Position numbers and translations under genes: made by a program. A model generated the notes under the pieces. The model made no database searches. It was not told the DNA's origin and worked only from the letters and a program-made list of their open reading frames with translations. A stretch of DNA of 62,941 nucleotides, filler included, from Hyphochytrium catenoides (Eukaryota; Protista; Hyphochytriomycota), in NCBI GenBank assembly GCA_900088475.1. It is 13 parts of 13 records of this genome, joined end to end, with 100 filler letters (N's around TTAATTAATTAA, not from the genome) between each part and the next. Parts side by side here need not be neighbours in the genome. Positions count along the whole stretch, not along the records: positions 46,258 to 49,943 come from FLMG01004009.1; positions 50,044 to 53,453 come from FLMG01000986.1; positions 53,554 to 56,054 come from FLMG01001442.1; positions 56,155 to 57,407 come from FLMG01000878.1; positions 57,508 to 60,677 come from FLMG01003764.1; 8 more parts are not named here. One strand, 5' to 3'. Of this stretch, positions 48,083 to 59,937 are shown in pieces; positions within the stretch are counted from its first letter, which is position 1; the number at the start of each line of letters is the position of its first letter.

Positions 48083-49156
48083 ATGGGCTTAGCCAAATCA
48101 CTTTGTGCCATAACAATCTTGCTCTCCGGAGCCCTGACTCAGATGATAGAGGCGGACGCGAGCAAAACAGACACTGCTTCAGAGAGGGGGGAGACCAGGA
48201 GAGAAGAGGATTGCTGTCAAGATGATGGAGGCCCCCGCCCGTCCTGTCATCCTTTCTACCGTCAATACTCTCATCGCTTCATTGACATCGTCAACAACGG
48301 TACAGAGCTCACACTGCACTACATCCACGAGGGAGAGAGACACGCTCCCGTGGTGGTACTCTTCTATGGCTATCCGCAGACTATCACGGAGTATCGGCAT
48401 CAGATCCCAGAGCTAATACGCAGCGGCTATCAGGTGCTCTCCTTTGACCATCGTGGCGTTGCTGACAGCTCTCCGGCGGGGGAGGACGAAGCCTATAACT
48501 CTCACTCGGTGGCTACTGACGTTCACCTCGCGCTCGAGGCGTTAGGACTCAACCAAGGCATCCACATCGTGGGACATGACTTTGGGGTACCCTTCTCCTA
48601 TGCCTATGCTAACCTTTTTGCTGACGAGGTGAAGACCTGGGTGTTCTCGTCGGTGACCCCTCCAGGGCCCGAGCTTTTGCTGACTCCTGCACTGCCAAAG
48701 CCTGGAGAGTTCCGATGGTGGTGGGCAACCTTTGGCTCTGGATCTTTTGAGTTTGTCTTCAATATGGTCCGATGCAGAGAAAAGCTGTGGATTTCTCAGA
48801 TCCTCGACGAAGTAATGCTCCCTGACTCCAGACATACTATCAATGACAAAGAAGATCTTGAGGAGCTCACACGATCGTTCAGTCAAAAGAAGACGGTTCG
48901 GGCATGGGGAGCGTACTATCGTAATCTGCCTTTGGATTATGAAAGGAACATTGCGTTAGGCTGGAAGAAGGTTAAGATGCCTGTGCTGTTCATTGCAGAT
49001 GAGTTGACCGGCGATCCAGGTGCGGCTGAGTATGCTGAAAACGTGACCGTAGTGAAGCTCAAAACCGGTCATTTCATATGGGAGGAGGACGCTGACGCTG
49101 CGACCGCGATGCTGCTGGATTGGCTCAACAGATTTGAGGGCCGTAAAGGAGTCTAA
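48083..49156 (+). CDS. Intronless, probably secreted alpha/beta-hydrolase (epoxide hydrolase / dehalogenase-like)
   Basis: Signal-like MGLAKSLCAITILLSGALTQMIEA; oxyanion strand PVVVLFYGYP; FDHRGVADS; nucleophile elbow IVGHDFG (Asp); C-terminal GHFIWEE (His); cap YYR. First ATG at 48083. Confidence 0.9.
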   Translation: MGLAKSLCAITILLSGALTQMIEADASKTDTASERGETRREEDCCQDDGGPRPSCHPFYRQYSHRFIDIVNNGTELTLHYIHEGERHAPVVVLFYGYPQTITEYRHQIPELIRSGYQVLSFDHRGVADSSPAGEDEAYNSHSVATDVHLALEALGLNQGIHIVGHDFGVPFSYAYANLFADEVKTWVFSSVTPPGPELLLTPALPKPGEFRWWWATFGSGSFEFVFNMVRCREKLWISQILDEVMLPDSRHTINDKEDLEELTRSFSQKKTVRAWGAYYRNLPLDYERNIALGWKKVKMPVLFIADELTGDPGAAEYAENVTVVKLKTGHFIWEEDADAATAMLLDWLNRFEGRKGV

Positions 49157-50043
49157 AACGTGCAGAGGGAGGGCTCACAATTACTTCCGCATGCTAATAC
49201 AGCCTTTAAAAGACGAATCATTATTCTTATTAAGGCCAAGAACTGAATATCATGTCAATAAAGACACCGTTACCTTACATCCTTTAGACACACCACGCCA
49301 GCATAACATAATATTCACTGATCTCTCCGACCCTCTAAAGCTCAGAAGCTCAAGCAGTCCTTCAGCCCATGCCGATAATAGAGACGCGCGGCGCTACGTC
49401 TTCAACTAATAAAAGAGAAAACAAAGATCACCTAGATTGGTCACATAGAAGTATTGCAGTTGAAGCTTTGCAAGTGAAACAAACAGGAATTGATTGCAAC
49501 ATAATAGGCCTTGAAGAGGTTTCTCGTGAACTATTTCACTTGAAACTTATAAACTAGTCAGATTCACAGTTGTGCAGATGTAACGGATGCAGGAGAATAG
49601 GAGGCGAATATATAGAATATAAAAGTAAAGAGAAAGAGACAGAGTGCGGGACAGCAGTGGAGGTTATAAGAATGGGAAAAAGAATTGGATGAGAGAAGAA
49701 GAAGAGTTGGATGATTTGCCACTCTCTCGCAGCGCGGTACAAGAGATGACGGAGACAGTGCTTTTGCAAGGTGCGCGCCTAGCAGAGCTTTGGATCAATA
49801 TCTGCTGCAGCTGAACTTCTTGGGCAGCTTGTTCACGTCTAATAGCTGCTGTGATGATGGTCAGGCCCAACCCACCATCTCGCTCCATGGGCTTGTTCTT
49901 ATTACACTGCTGAATCTGTCGTCTGCCATCTGGCATTTTATCANNNNNNNNNNNNNNNNNNNNNNNNNNNNNNNNNNNNNNNNNNNNTTAATTAATTAAN
50001 NNNNNNNNNNNNNNNNNNNNNNNNNNNNNNNNNNNNNNNNNNN

Positions 50044-50188
50044 CCCAACGGGGCGGGTGCACCAGTTCCAGGCGAAGCTGAACGCTGAGCAGCGGAAGCA
50101 GCTCCTTCGTTCCTCTGTCGCCCTTGGGGACGCCAAGCTCTCTTATGAGACCACGCAGCAGGCTTTTAGTGTCAAGAATAACCAATAA
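50044..50188 (+). CDS. Probable terminal coding exon of an unidentified gene
   Basis: Open frame TGRVHQFQAKLNAEQRKQLLRSSVALGDAKLSYETTQQAFSVKNNQ* from the contig edge, followed by a CT-rich tract as seen 3' of other plus-strand genes. Confidence 0.4.
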
Positions 50189-50340
50189 ACTTTTGCGCTA
50201 TTGACGCCATTCTCTCTCTCCGTCCCGTCTCTTCTTCTCTTTCCTTTTGTCGGCACTCTCTCTCTCTTTCTCTCTGTCTGTCTGTCTGACTATCTATCTC
50301 TCTGACTATCCTCTATCGAATCAATCTAGGTAACCATCCA

Positions 50341-50376
<36 letters not shown>

Positions 50377-51788
50377 TCTTTCTTTCCCTCTCTCTCTCTC
50401 TCTCTCTCTCTCTTCCCCCCTCGCTTTGCCTCTTCTTTCTTTCTCACTCTGGTGGTACCTCTCCAACGTCTCTCTTTTTAGTATGGTTAAGTCCTAACCG
50501 CAGAGCTTTAACGCGCTTCAGGCTCTGACCATGGAAAGCTCACAATAGAAGAAACCTTCTTTTCTTCTCTCTTCTGCCCCCAGTCCCTGCGGCCGCCAGG
50601 CAGACGGTAAAAAAACACATCTATTCTATTAGAAACAATAGAACTGACACTTTCTCCGTAGGTCTGGAGGGCTATGCCTTGATGAGTTTATGGTCTCTCT
50701 CTCTCTCTCTCTTCAGAGTGCCGGCTTTTTCTGGAAGCTAAAGAGTACTTTGGAAAGAGTGTTTTGCTTTCTCAGCCCTTCTTCCTTTGGTTGAGAGAGG
50801 AGAGCGCGACTATCAGGTTCTCATAAGAAATGTGATACAGAGCAATCAAGGTCTTTAACCGCAGCCTTTGTCCCATGGCCTGTGCCACTCATCGCGGCCA
50901 CGTACCAGCTAATGTACCGTAGCTTAATTACCTTCCGGCTGAACACTCTGGGTCCCTCGAGGTACCCGGGCGCTGAGAGGCTCATACCGTCAGCATGCGG
51001 CTCTGCTTCGTCCTCCGTTGCGGATCTTTCTCTACTGGGAAAGACCCGAAGATCATCTGGAGATCGGAGTTCGTCTTCATCGTTTGCTGCTGATCTGCAG
51101 ATTCTGTAGACAGATGATGAAGCTTTTCCGTTAGTTGAGCGCGGATTCTTACGATCTCAGCGGCCCTTGAAAGTGTAACATTACTATTTAGGGATAGCGG
51201 GTAACGTCTTTTGGGTGGAGAGAGATGTGGGGGGAGAGAGAGAGAAGAGAGAGAGACAGAGACAGACAGAGAGAGACAGAGAGAGACAGACAGAGAGAGA
51301 GACAGACAGAGAGAGAGACAGTGAGAGAGAGGGAGAGAGAGAGGGAGAGAGAGAGAGAGAGAGAAAAAGTAAAGAGCAAAGATGAAGAGAGAAAGTGTCA
51401 AGATCGAGCATTTTTGAGATAGCTTGCTATGCTCTCTCATCAGGTGTAAGCGACTAGAGGCCAACTCTCTTCTGCCAGTTGTCGCTTTCTCCCGTACCCT
51501 TGCTAAGCTGAGTGCCTTATTCTCATCTCGAGACGGCCTCGAGGAGGAAAGTAGACGGAGAGAGAGAGAAAGACAAAGAGAGAGAGAGAGAGAGCTCGAC
51601 GGGGAGAGAAAAAAAAAAGAGAAAAGCAGAGCTTCCCCTTTCTCTCTCCTCACCACTTTCTCCTCCTGTCTTCCTTCCCTGACGCATACCAAGAGAACCA
51701 GACTGAGAAAGAAGCATTGCGTGAATCACAAGCTTGAGAGAGAGAGAAAGCGAAAGAGAGAATAAAAGAGAGAGAGAGAGAGAGAAAC

Positions 51789-52076
51789 ATGGCGTCGGAG
51801 ATGGCGGCCCGACGTCTGCGGAAGGAGCTTTTGAGTTTGAAGAAGACGCCCATTGAGAATATCGAGGCCGTGCCGCTGGAGTCTAACATCCTCGAGTGGC
51901 ACTACGTTATCAGAGTGAGTCGTCTCTTCTTCTCTCTCTTTCTCTTCTCTCTTTTCCTCTTCTCATCTTTCCTTCGTTTGCTCCTCTCCCTACCTTTTCT
52001 CTCCTCTCTCATACTCTCCTATCCTCTTTCTCCCTCTTTCTCTCTTATTTTTGCGTTTTCTCTCTCTCCCTCTGTT

Positions 52077-52107
<31 letters not shown>

Positions 52108-53135
52108 TATTCTGCCTTTTCTCTCCTTCTCTCTCTCTTTCTCTCTCTTTTTCGCTGAGTTCCTGTGCTTTCTCTTCTCTCTCTCTCTCTCTCCTTTCTC
52201 TCATCTCTCTTCTCTGGGCGTCCTTCCTTCCTCCTACTCTGCTCCCAAAACATTATTGGCAAAGTCTTTCCTGTCGCCACCTTCCTAGTCTGACCCTTTG
52301 TCTTCCTTTGTCTTTCTATAATATGTCTGTCTTTCTATCTCTCTTCCTTTCTCTCTTTGCCTCTTTGCTTTTGTCTCCCCTCTCTCTCCCTCTTTTCATC
52401 TCTCTCTCTTTTTCCCTTTCTCTCTCTTTCTCTAAATGCTCTCCCTCCGCCCCAGGGGACCAAAGGGACACCCTATGAAGGTAAGGAAAGAGAAGGAAGA
52501 GGTTGCATGAGAAATAAGAGAAAAAGTCTCCCCACTTCCAAGTTTCTCCCTTCTATTTTTCTCCTTTTCTCCCTCTCCTTCCATCCTCTCTCATTTCTCC
52601 CTCTCCGTCCATCCTTTCTCCCTCTCCGTCCATCCTTTCTCTCTCCTTTTCTCTCTCTCTCTCCCTTCTTCTTTCTCTGTCTCGCTCTCTCGCTCTCGTC
52701 AGCTATGACGTTCTAATGTACCTCTTTGGCTCTCTTTGATTCTGTGTCTTTTCTCTCTCTCTCTCTTTCTCTCGCTTGCTCTCTCTCTCGCTCTTTTACG
52801 CACGTATGCTTTCTTTCTCTCTCCCCGCGCGCCGGATGTGAAGGTGGATACTATCACGGCAAGCTGGTTAGTGCTAACTCGCTTAACTATTGACCTCTCT
52901 TTCCTGTTGTCTCTTTCATTCTCTCTTCTACCTTGATTCTCCGCATGTGTCCCTCTCTTCTTTCTCCGCCCTGGTTCTCCCGTCTTCTCTTTCTCTCTTT
53001 CCTCCCTCTCTTGATCATCTGGGAAAACTGCTCTGCCTCCCATGTAGATGTCTCTTCCTCTTCGTTACTTCCAGCGAGTCAGCTGACCAGTTTTCTCTCT
53101 TTCCGCAGAAATTCCCTCCTGAGTATCCAATGAAG
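51789..53135 (+). CDS. UBE2J: ER-anchored ubiquitin-conjugating enzyme E2 J (Ubc6), 5' exons
   Basis: Exons 51789-51914, 52456-52480, 52844-52866 and 53109-53135 give [50 protein letters not shown]. Confidence 0.92.
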
Positions 53136-53407
53136 GTAACGCTCTCTCTCTGTCTCTCACTATATACATGTGTATCTTTCTCTTCTTCTCTCTCTCTCTT
53201 TCTCTTCGTTTCTCTGGCTTCCAACCAATTTCCCGCCGCCAGAGCTTTCTCACTTCAATTTCAGATCTTCCTCTCTCTCTCTCTGGCTATTGCTGGACCC
53301 TTTGCGTTCTGTTTTGGTCTCGTCCATGTGATGTCTCTTCTTCCTGCTCTTCCCTGCTCAGCTTCTCCTTTCCCTCTTCTCTCTCCCGCCCTCTCTCTCT
53401 CTCTCTT

Positions 53408-53451
<44 letters not shown>

Positions 53452-53553
53452 GCNNNNNNNNNNNNNNNNNNNNNNNNNNNNNNNNNNNNNNNNNNNNTTA
53501 ATTAATTAANNNNNNNNNNNNNNNNNNNNNNNNNNNNNNNNNNNNNNNNNNNN

Positions 53554-56054
53554 GCCTTCCTGAACACCTTCTCTTAACTTCTCAGCGATGTACTCCCTTA
53601 CAGAGCCTGACGCGAGAGAGAAAGGAGAGAACGGAAACGACGTAAGAAAACGAGGTAAAGAAAGGAAGCCGAAGCTGAAGTAAGAGAGGGAAACACGGTC
53701 GTTAGGTATACTCCCCAATCGTATGTCATTGGTCAAAGGTAGCACTAAGAAGAGAGAGCAGTAGAGTCGCTCCTTCTTCGTCGTACCCCGAGCTCACTCT
53801 TTCCATACTCTTCTTACCCTATCCCTTGCAATCCTTCTCTCTCTTTCTCTCTTTACCTTCTTCTCCAGCGGCGGCATTCGACTTCTTTTTGACATTGAGC
53901 AATCCTCTATCCTTGGCGTCCTCTAGCTGCTGTTGGAAGGAGTTGTACAGCTCCTCGCTTGCAAGAAGAGTGGGGATCTGTGCGGAAAGATAGGGCGGGA
54001 GGTCAAGGATTTTTTGAACGGGGGGAACAAAATGGTAAAACCCGGCACCCATCCCTCTCTCTCTTTCTTTCCCTCTTTCTCTTCTCTCCTGACACCTTAC
54101 AACCACACACGCCCTCAACCCTCCTCTCTTTCCTGCTCTCACCTTTCAATCAGCTCCTCTCCCTCGCCAGGCTAACTCTTTCATCACACCTTTTTTATTG
54201 GGCGTTCTTTCTTTCCTTTTATCGCATCTTTGCTCTCTCCTTTCCCTGTTTCCTCCTGTACCTTGGCTGTGTAGGCACCAAAGAGCGCCACTAGGCAGGC
54301 GTCTGATATGTCATAGTTATGTACAGAGAGCTTGCCCCCACGAGCCATCTCCCAGTCAGACAGAAACTTCTCTTCTCTCTTTCCACCTGTCTTCCTCCCT
54401 CTTCGTTGTGGATTGTCCTCTCTCTCTTCTGAGTCTTGACTTCCTGCGTTGCCCTCAAGGACTTCTATCAGCGGCGGCTCTAGCTCTCTCGCCCTCAGCT
54501 GCCGGATGACCTCAAAGACTTCCTGCAAGAATGAAAGTTTGAGTGAGACTCTAGCTCTTTGGACGCCCACGTTTCTCTGCTCTTTCTTCCTTCATTTTCA
54601 TCTCTTTGTTCTTTACTGCGAGAGAAGACTAAAATAGAAGACAACGGAGAAGAAGGATAGAGAGAGAAGAACAAGCGAGCAGAGGAGACAGAGAGAGAGA
54701 GAAACAACAGAGACATTGGGAAAAGGTCTAAACCTGACATGTTTGATGAGCGCTCTTGTCTTCCCGGGAATCTGAAAGAACTTTCTGATGGCGATAGGGT
54801 TACATTGGCTGGGTGCCTGCCTGAGAGAGAGAGAGAGAGAGAGAGNNNNNNNNNNNNNNNNNNNNNNNNNNNNNNNNNNNNNNAGAGAGAGAGAGAGAGA
54901 GAGAGACATGAGACGAAGCAGAACCTTGCGAAACAAAAAGACAATTGAGTTGGACAGGAAGACATGGACGAAAGGAGCATCATCATCACTAAAGCGATTG
55001 AGAAAGATCAGTAGCGCGATTGAAAACGAGAAGCGGAGACTAAGAGAATATGGTGGATAAATGGAAATGGAAGAGAATGAGATCCGCCAGTGAGGACGCA
55101 GCAGCAGTGAAGAAAAAATTAAAAAAGTAGAGAGAGGTACAATTAAGGCGGAAGTGGAGCAAGAGAAAAACGGAAGGAGAGAGAGACAGAAAGTGGCGGT
55201 AAGAAGAGAGAGAAGAGGGAGTACGAAGAGAGAGAAAAAGAGAGAAGAGAGAGAGAGAAAGGGGGGAGAAAAGAGAGTGGGAGACAGAGAGCGAACAGGG
55301 AGAGAGAATAGAGAGAAAAATAAGAGAGAGACGAGGAAGAGAGAAAAGGGAGAACAAGAGAGAAAAAGAGGAGAGTTAGATACCTAAATATCTCATGGCA
55401 CTGAAAGGTGACGATTCCGTTCAGTTGCGCCAAAAGAAAGAGAGTCTTGTTGCTAGTCCTTCCTTGTGCGAAGGACGGCATAAATGACTCCACTAGCGGC
55501 TACAGAAGGAGAGAGAAAGAGAGAGAAATAAAGAAGAGAGAGAGGAAGAGGGGAGGATGAAAGAGAAGGACAGAGAGAATGATGAGGAAAGAAGCAAGAG
55601 AAATGCAGGTGATTTATTACATGCGAGAGATAGATAGACAGTAGAGATACAGCAAATTCAGGGCCGAGGAAAGTGCCTGGACCTGGAAGAGCTCAGAGAG
55701 AAGACAGAGACAAAAACGGAAAGCAGAGCCTATCAGAGATAAAGATGAACGATCATATGGAGAAAGAGGAGAGAGACTCATCTCCCTTAACAGCGAAGAC
55801 AAAGAAGAGAGACACAAACCATCACAGATGAGCCCCAAGAAAGCGGAGAAAGTAAGCCAGAGAAGAGTGAGGGAGAAGAGACAGAGGAAACGGTAGAGAG
55901 CAATCTTCGGAAGTAAAGGAAGGGGAAGTGAGGAAAATAGGAAGGGAAGGGAAGGAGAGAAGAGAGAAAATGTGCACACACTTTTACGGTCTTTCCCTGT
56001 GTCTCTTCTCTAATCTTTCTAAGCTGCCTCTGAATGGCGGAACCGACGGAGAGA
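53554..56054 (-). CDS. RuvC-like (RNase H fold) Holliday-junction-resolvase family protein, partial, multi-exon
   Basis: In-frame exons ~55499-55384, 54820-54739, 54522-54262, ~53977-53857 and ~53606-53554 give VESFMPSFAQGRTSNKTLFLLAQLNGIVTFQCHEIFRQAPSQCNPIAIRKFFQIPGKTRALIKHEVFEVI..WEMARGGKLSVHNYDISDACLVALFG. This places a Glu after a beta-strand and a terminal DxxDA helix as in RuvC. The N-terminal catalytic Asp strand is not visible. Confidence 0.65.
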
Positions 56055-56170
56055 NNNNNNNNNNNNNNNNNNNNNNNNNNNNNNNNNNNNNNNNNNNNTT
56101 AATTAATTAANNNNNNNNNNNNNNNNNNNNNNNNNNNNNNNNNNNNNNNNNNNNCTCTCTCTCTCTCTCT

Positions 56171-57286
56171 CTAGAGCTGCAGCACTAATATCATGACGGC
56201 GATAGCGAGAAGAGCGACCATCACGACCAAGATAAGGTTGTGTTGCTCGCCCTGCTGAACTCTCTTTCCTGTCTCTCCTGCTTTCCCTCCCACTCCTCCG
56301 CCTCCTATCGCGTTATTCTCTCTCTCTGCTCTCTCTTCCTCTTCTCTCTTCTTTCTCTCTCTCTCTTCCTTTTCCTGTTTCTCTCTCAGCTGCACATATT
56401 CTGGGAATAACTTGCGGAAGATTGGGTCATGGCAGCTCGCTTCTAGAGACTCAGCCGCTAACCGCCGCTTCTGCTCAGATATAAAGCATCAGCAAACCGA
56501 AGAAAACAGAGCGAGAGAGAGAGANNNNNNNNNNNNNNNNNNNNNNNNNGAGAGTGTGTGAGTGAGAGAGAGAGAGAGAGAGAGAGTGAGTGAGAGAGAG
56601 CGAGAGAGAGAGAGAGAGAGAGAAAGAGAGACATAGAGAGACTAGAGGAAAGAGACAGAAAGAGAGAAAGGAACCGGGAGAGAGAGATCGAAAGAGAGAG
56701 AAAGAGGGAGACGTTTTAAAGCAGACTAATCGACGCTGACGAGCAAGCTCCTCTCACCTGTGCATCTGTACTTTCCATACTTCCTAGAGTTGGCTGTGTC
56801 TCCAACTAAAAAAAAAAGAGAGAGAGAGAGAGAGCGAGAGAAAAGGGAGAAGCAGAAGAAAGAGAGAGCGCGAGAGAGGAGAAGGAGCAGTATAACGAGA
56901 GAGAGAAGAAGGAAAAGGAGATAAACCAGTATGTGAAAAGATGCAATAAAACAGAGACTAATGGGTCACTAGAGATGCAGAGAGAGAAGGAGAAGACGTG
57001 AGAGAGAGAGAGAGAGAGACAGGCGGGAGACAAAAAAACAGGACCCAGAGTGAAGAAGAATAACTATGTTGATAACGGGGAGAGAACAAGAGAGAGAGAG
57101 AGAGAGAGAGGCGGAGAGCGAGCGAGAGCGAGATGGGGGGGAGGAGAGACCGGGAGAGAGCGAGAGAGAGCGAGAGAAAGAGAGAGAAAGAGAGAGAGGA
57201 AGAAGAGAGACGTACCATAAAGGAGTAAAGTCCAGTCAGTATGCTGCTGACGGACCACATCGGGTTCCAGGTCTCAGGGTGGAAAT
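56171..57286 (-). CDS. UBE2J: Ubc6/UBE2J 3' exons with C-terminal membrane anchor
   Basis: Exons 57286-57216 (DFHPETWNPMWSVSSILTGLYSFM), 56805-56758 (LETQPTLGSMESTDAQ) and 56470-56171 (KRRLAAESL..FRKLFPEY..LILVVMVALLAIAVMILVLQL*). Confidence 0.9.
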
Positions 57287-57513
57287 CTGCGAAAGAGGAG
57301 GAGAAACAAGAAAGAGTTATGGTTAAGCGCTGGACGTCAGAGAGAGAGAGAGCGGTAGGGAGAGAGACCGAGAGGGATATACACATGGGAGAATATATAT
57401 ATATATANNNNNNNNNNNNNNNNNNNNNNNNNNNNNNNNNNNNNNNNNNNNTTAATTAATTAANNNNNNNNNNNNNNNNNNNNNNNNNNNNNNNNNNNNN
57501 NNNNNNNAAAGAA

Positions 57514-57548
<35 letters not shown>

Positions 57549-57771
57549 AAGAAAGAAAGTAGTAGAGAAAGGAAGAAAGAAAGGAAGGACTCTTGAAATG
57601 ACTAAAAAGAGAGAGAGAGAGAGAGCAGATTTAACAGGCATGCAAACGGCTAAGTGGACGGCAAAGATGAAAAAACGTACGTAACAGAGTGGAAGAGAGA
57701 CAACAGGAGGAGAAGAGAGAAGAAACCAAGGAAAAGAGAGAACGAGAGCGAGAGATGAAGGGCAAGCGTAC

Positions 57772-59134
57772 CTGGTGCTCGCACTCGCAGACGGTGGAGA
57801 ATCTCCCTTTCCCTATCTCCTTGCCAATGGTGTACACTTCTTCTATCGGAACCACCTTGCTCGCCTTTCTGAGCGCCGCCACCCACTCAGTCCTGTCCTG
57901 GAGAGACTTCGTATACAGAAGGCGCCTAGCAAAGTAGAAAGAGAGAGGAAGAAAGAGAGAGAGAGAGAGAGAGAAAGATGGAAGAACTGAGTTAGAAAGG
58001 AGGGATAAGGTCGAAGACAGTAAAGCAGGAAGTAAAGGAGAAAGAGAACAAAACAGTGATACATATATAGAAGTAGAGAGATAGAAAAAGATATAGATGG
58101 ATATATATATAGAGAGAGAGAGGGAGAGAGGGAGAGAGAGGGAGGGAGAAAGAAGGAGAGAAAGGAGGAAGATATACCACACTTTCACGACTGAAAACTA
58201 GAATTGAGAACTCTCGGCGAACAGGAAGCTGCACCGTTCTCCCCTAGCTATCTAATCTCATTCTAACTTTTCTGTCTCTCTCTCTTTTGTTATTTGTCTC
58301 TCTCTCTCTTTCTCTCTCTCTCTTTCTCTCTCTCTCTTTTCTTCTTCAGTCTCCTTACCGGTCTCGTCTTCCTCCTTTGCTTCCTGTGTAAATCTCAAAG
58401 CCGTAGAGACCTCTTCTCGCGTGTTCACTGTCATTTTCTATGGGCTCCACAAAGCATCCAGTCATGNNNNNNNNNNNNNNNNNNNNNNNNNNNNNNNNNN
58501 NNNNNNNNNNNNNNNNNNNAGAGAGAGAGAGAGAAAGAGAGAGAGAGAGGGCAATGATAGAGAAGAGCTAGGAAAAAGAATGGAAGCGAAGGGAAAGTAC
58601 CTTGAGAGATAGCAATTTAAAGAATGATAAAAAACAGTCATAACGAGAGAGAGAGAGAGATACGACAGATAGACTGAGAATGAAGAAGGGAAGAGAAACG
58701 AAGAGAGAAAGAGAGACCGGAATAGAAAGACAGAGGAGAGAGATAGAAAGAGAGAGATAGAGAGCGAGAAAGAGAGAGGGAAAGGGGGGGACAGAAAGAA
58801 AGAGAGAGAGAAACATTAAAGAGGGAGACAATGAGAGAGACAACGGAAGAGAGAGAGAGAAGGGTTAAATTGTCCTACCCGTAGTAGTAGAGGAAGTTCC
58901 CTTGCAGGTAATAGTAGCGCTGCTTCCACTGTCGGAGCTTGTTGCCAACCTTCCAGAGCCCGCCCTGCCGCTCGAACTGCTGCAGAGGATCCGAGGAGGG
59001 ACCTAAACTGTCCAGCTGGCGGATGATCTGATATGAGAAGAGAGAGAGAGATGAGAAATGCAGAGAATGGGAGGAGAGAAAAGGGGAGCGAGAGAGAGAG
59101 ATATGAGACAAATGAAGAAAGGAAGAGAGAAGAG

Positions 59135-59170
<36 letters not shown>

Positions 59171-59906
59171 AGACAGTGAAAGGGACAATTGCCAGAATCA
59201 TTTCCTTCTTTCACGGCTCTTTTTCTCTCTTACGATCTTTTGATCTCTCTCTACTCGACATTCAACGAAACTCTACACTACGCTTCTATCTTGCTCTAGC
59301 ATGTCCTCTCTCTCTCTCTCTCTCTCTCTTTCTTTCTTGTTCCTTTCTCCCCATCTCTCACCTGGTCTATCTTATCCCTAATGCCTGGGTAAGAGGTGCT
59401 CTGTCTCGCTTCGATGAGATATTTTCTGGTAGCTGCCTCGCCGTCCTGTTGTCCCTTTCCACCTCCTCCTGCCGCTCCTGCGGCTCCGCCTCTGTCTCCT
59501 CCACTGAGGGGTCCTCTCTCCTCTTTTAGAGAGCCCAAGCTCAATTGCCTGTGCAGGCTAGGAGGTGAAAAGCAGAAGAGAGAAAGAGACGAAAGTAGGG
59601 GGAAGAGAGAGAGAGAGAGGGAGAGAGAGAAAGAGATGAAGGTAGGGGAGAGNNNNNNNNNNNNNNNNNNNNNNNNNNNNNNNNNNNNNNNNNNNNNNNN
59701 NNNNNNNNNNNNNNNNNNNNNNNNNNNNNNAGAAAGGAAGAGAGAGGGGGTGAGAGTGAGAGAAGGAAACACAATTGAGGTGGGCAGATTACACCGTAGA
59801 ATTAGGAGGAGGAAGAATGATGTAATGCACAGGGGAGGTGGAGAGAGAAGAGGAGCTCAATGAGGAGTAAGAGAGAAGAGAGACAGGGAAAGAGAGAGCG
59901 ACAGGG

Positions 59907-59937
<31 letters not shown>

